Part shown: in pieces, positions 62,569 to 64,000 of the stretch | Layout of the letters: the number at the start of each line of letters is the position of its first letter | Numbering within the stretch: the first letter of the stretch is position 1 | Source of the DNA: an uncultured Candidatus Rokubacteria bacterium | GTDB taxonomy: Bacteria; Methylomirabilota; Methylomirabilia; Rokubacteriales; CSP1-6 | Assembly: GCA_963789955.1 (NCBI GenBank) | Contig: CAWBMV010000016.1 | Span: 50,049-114,048 of the forward strand | Length of the DNA: 64,000 bases | Direction: 5' to 3' | Program-made: the position numbers and the translations under genes | The notes under the pieces: model-generated | Database searches by the model: none | What the model saw: the letters and a program-made list of their open reading frames with translations, nothing else | What the model was told of the DNA's origin: nothing

Positions 62569-62618
62569 CTCCGCAAACCTTTCCCTCCGGAGCGAACCCG
62601 CGTAGGTTAGGGCTAGCA

Positions 62619-63029
62619 ATGAGTCCGGCCGGCGCAACGATTCTGGTGGTGGACGACGAGCCCACCGTGCTCGACACCGTCCGGGATGGCCTCACGGCTC
62701 ACGGATACCAGGTGCTGAAGGCCTCGGGCGGTGAGGAGGCGCTTCAGGTTGTCCAGGGTCATCAAGGCTCGATCGCGCTGGCGCTCGTGGACGTCGTGAT
62801 GCCCGGCATGAGCGGCCCTGAGGTCGTGCAGCGTCTGCACGAGGTCCGGCCGGACCTTAAAATATTGTTCATGTCCGGCTTCTCGACGGAGGTCGTGGTC
62901 GTGCACGGGCTCACCGCCGGCGACCCGTTGCTCGTCAAGCCGTTCAGTCTGGAGAGTCTCGCGCGGAAGGTCCACGAGATCCTCGACTACCGCTCGCCGT
63001 TCTCCCGTCCTCCGCAACCGCCACGCTAA
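62619..63029 (+). CDS. Single-domain response regulator
   Basis: ILVVDDE, DVVMPGMSG, MSG and KPF motifs. Confidence 0.9.
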   Translation: MSPAGATILVVDDEPTVLDTVRDGLTAHGYQVLKASGGEEALQVVQGHQGSIALALVDVVMPGMSGPEVVQRLHEVRPDLKILFMSGFSTEVVVVHGLTAGDPLLVKPFSLESLARKVHEILDYRSPFSRPPQPPR

Positions 63030-63106
63030 CTTACAGAGCACTCGCTTTCTCGATCACTTGACAATACCTCGCAGCCGCCGCAAAGTCCTATACCCAGGAG
63101 GGCGGC

Positions 63107-63361
63107 GTGGCGACGCAAGGCGAACGGTTATTGACCGCGATCGAAGCTGAGATCAAGAACATCTCGAAGCTGGAGCACACGCTGGCGCGAACGAAGCTCG
63201 TGTTACAGGAGCAGGCGAGCCGGCTCCGGCTCGGCACCAATCCCGAGCTCGTGATGACGTCGCTGCGGCTGACCGTCCCTCACGAGACGACGCTCGCCCT
63301 CATCGAGCGCGTCGACCCGGTTCTCTCCCCTCCGGTCGAGCAACAGCTCCCCAAGAAGTAA
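63107..63361 (+). CDS. Small hypothetical protein
   Basis: AGGAGG RBS before GTG; helical composition. Confidence 0.55.
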   Translation: MATQGERLLTAIEAEIKNISKLEHTLARTKLVLQEQASRLRLGTNPELVMTSLRLTVPHETTLALIERVDPVLSPPVEQQLPKK

Positions 63362-63413
63362 GACGACAGCCCAGTAGCGGCTCGCGAAACGCGCTCGGCG
63401 GAGCTCTCTCTGG

Positions 63414-64000
63414 TTACTGGCTTCGGGGATTGAGCAGCCAGTCGATCACGGCACGCGTATCCTCCGTCTCGGTCGACGGCGCCGGCTGCTGCGGCGCTGA
63501 CGGCGTCTGCGGCGTTTGAGGCGTCTCTCGACGCTCGGCCCTCGGCGCCGCGGGCGCGGTCGCCTGAGACGGTGGAGCAGCCGGCCGCGCAGGCGTCGTG
63601 ACCGCCGGTGCGGGCGGCGCAGCGGGTGCTGCGGGCGGCGCAACGTTGGGCGCCAGTGGCGTGGTCGCGCGGACCGGGGGAGCCGGCCGGACGTCTGGCG
63701 TGGCAGCCGCCGCCGGCGGACGTGGCGCCGCCGGTGCGCGCTCGACGGGCGGCGTGGACACCGCGGGCGCACCTGGTCTCGCCGTCGGGGCGGTCGACTC
63801 CGGGGCACGGACGGTCGGCGGCGGAGTCTCGGTCACCGGCGCCCGGCCCGTCTCGCGCGGCGTGGCAGCCGGCGGCGCGGTCGGCTTTCGGGTCTCCGTC
63901 GCGGGCGGAGTCGGGACGGGAGATTCGATCGCTGGGCGCGCGGTCGGCTGCGCCGGCACCGAGCCGGTCGGCGTCCGCAGCGCCAGCGCGCCCCAGACCA
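63414..64000 (-). CDS. Pro/Ala/Thr-rich C-terminal part of a protein that starts outside the window
   Basis: Low-complexity open frame ending DTRAVIDWLLNPRSQ. Confidence 0.6.
   Translation of the reverse strand, partial: VWGALALRTPTGSVPAQPTARPAIESPVPTPPATETRKPTAPPAATPRETGRAPVTETPPPTVRAPESTAPTARPGAPAVSTPPVERAPAAPRPPAAAATPDVRPAPPVRATTPLAPNVAPPAAPAAPPAPAVTTPARPAAPPSQATAPAAPRAERRETPQTPQTPSAPQQPAPSTETEDTRAVIDWLLNPRSQ

Overview
GC-rich bacterial window. The gene content suggests Ca. Rokubacteria/Methylomirabilota, which is an inference only. Many single-base frameshifts look like long-read assembly errors. Left part (1-8.1 kb): KaiC2-type ATPase, amidohydrolase, LigB-like dioxygenase, LLM monooxygenase, two inverted copies of a ~166-bp hairpin element with covarying 43-bp arms, an MFS transporter and SuhB. 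Centre (8.7-43.2 kb, minus strand): one ~34.5-kb, largely translationally coupled operon. It starts as a Wzx/Wzy polysaccharide locus (GT4s, two AsnB-like amidotransferases, epimerases, methyl/acetyltransferase, deacetylase, TPP E1 alpha/beta, aminotransferases, CapD, Wzz, Wza). It then runs into a ladderane-type type II FAS/PKS cassette (PaaK-like ligase, KS plus Cys-less KS, oversized ACP, two FabZ, FabG, FabL) and an ArnC/ArnA-formyltransferase/ArnD module. A UpxY/NusG antiterminator gene converges on its 3' end. Right part: beta-helix and tail-fibre-like secreted proteins, a transglutaminase-like protein, Wzi, an SGNH protein and ArnT. Next come two paralogous surface adhesins with 3 and about 15 repeats of 82 aa. 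Each has a sigma54-type promoter and a similarly spaced palindromic upstream site; only the first has a c-di-GMP-I riboswitch. The window ends with an isoprenyl transferase, an SDR and a receiver protein.
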